DNA of 64,000 bases, taken from assembly GCA_020137815.1 (NCBI GenBank), contig CM035356.1, positions 8,060,001-8,124,000 of the forward strand, given 5' to 3'. The stretch is from Hormiphora californensis. Its lineage: Eukaryota; Animalia; Ctenophora. The stretch's first letter is position 1. Each line of letters opens with the position of its first letter. Positions 63,481 through 64,000 of the stretch are shown here, piece after piece. Under the pieces are notes generated by a model. It saw only the letters and a list, made by a program, of their open reading frames with translations, had not been told where the DNA came from and made no database searches. The translations under genes were made by a program, and so were the position numbers.

Positions 63481-64000
63481 TCCCCTAACTGTGGCAATGT
63501 CGGTCACAAAATCCTGCAGTTACACGCACAACAGAAGGGACAGCTGCAACCGCTGTCGAAAGTTCACTTTTTCAAACAATTCGGGCAAGCAAAAGTCGGG
63601 AAAAAGAGAGAGACAAAATAAACTATTCATGACCATCAAGGAATCGGCAAAAAGTAGTCTCAGCTGGCAACATATGGCCCTACGAATACACTACATTAAT
63701 ACATAACACGGCCAATTTGCAGTACAAAACCTGAAACGATAAGTGATATCGAATGTTCACACAACATTCAATCGGGATGTTTAATAAGATACACCATACA
63801 AGTTTAGAGGTTTAGTTACTGCTTGGAAAACAGGTCTGAGTAATGCAAAATGAATTATATGTTAAAAAGCTGAAAACAACCAGGACGCAAGGGTTACTAA
63901 ACAAACTTCCAATAATTTAGAGTGGGACAGGGTGGACACTATTTCACCTGCATTAAGTGTATTACTGACAGCATGTGGACCTGCACAAGTAACAATATGA

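Noticed and set aside
63452-64000. Divergent + strand gene at the right edge
   Set aside because: No recognisable coding exon within the window

Overview
Compact, intron-rich animal genomic DNA. It is most likely from a ctenophore (Pleurobrachia-like); this is an inference from gene style and recurrent MITEs, not a database result. Genes read by hand across GT-AG junctions: DENND1-like (-, runs off the left edge), MED1 (-), NPHP1 (+), an unidentified 4-exon gene (+), an intronless MFS transporter (+), a CARD-like/STAND P-loop NTPase/TPR gene (+) whose 10-kb intron hosts an antisense GPCR and nested transposons, HELLS/LSH (-), and six co-oriented RNA/translation genes (- strand: EXOSC3, GARS, MRPS10, MRPL48, RPS16, RPS19). 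The best candidate for a new system is that six-gene cluster, which looks like an SL-trans-spliced operon: four of five stop-to-ATG gaps are about 180-195 bp (one after removing a MITE), every ATG has an unpaired 3' acceptor just upstream, and CGCG promoter motifs occur only at the cluster ends. Within it, GARS has a second acceptor at its internal ATG (possible mitochondrial versus cytosolic isoform by alternative trans-splicing), and the uS10-fold paralogues MRPS10 and MRPL48 sit in tandem. Mobile DNA is abundant: two CR1/L2-group LINEs, hAT, Tc1/pogo and TTAA-flanked MITEs, a Helitron, foldback elements (three with poly-G ends), structured short retroposons and a possible Crypton-like element. 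Short tandem duplications centred on splice signals recur. A frameshift in essential GARS indicates residual 1-bp assembly errors. Exon limits and family calls are by eye and need RNA and HMM confirmation.
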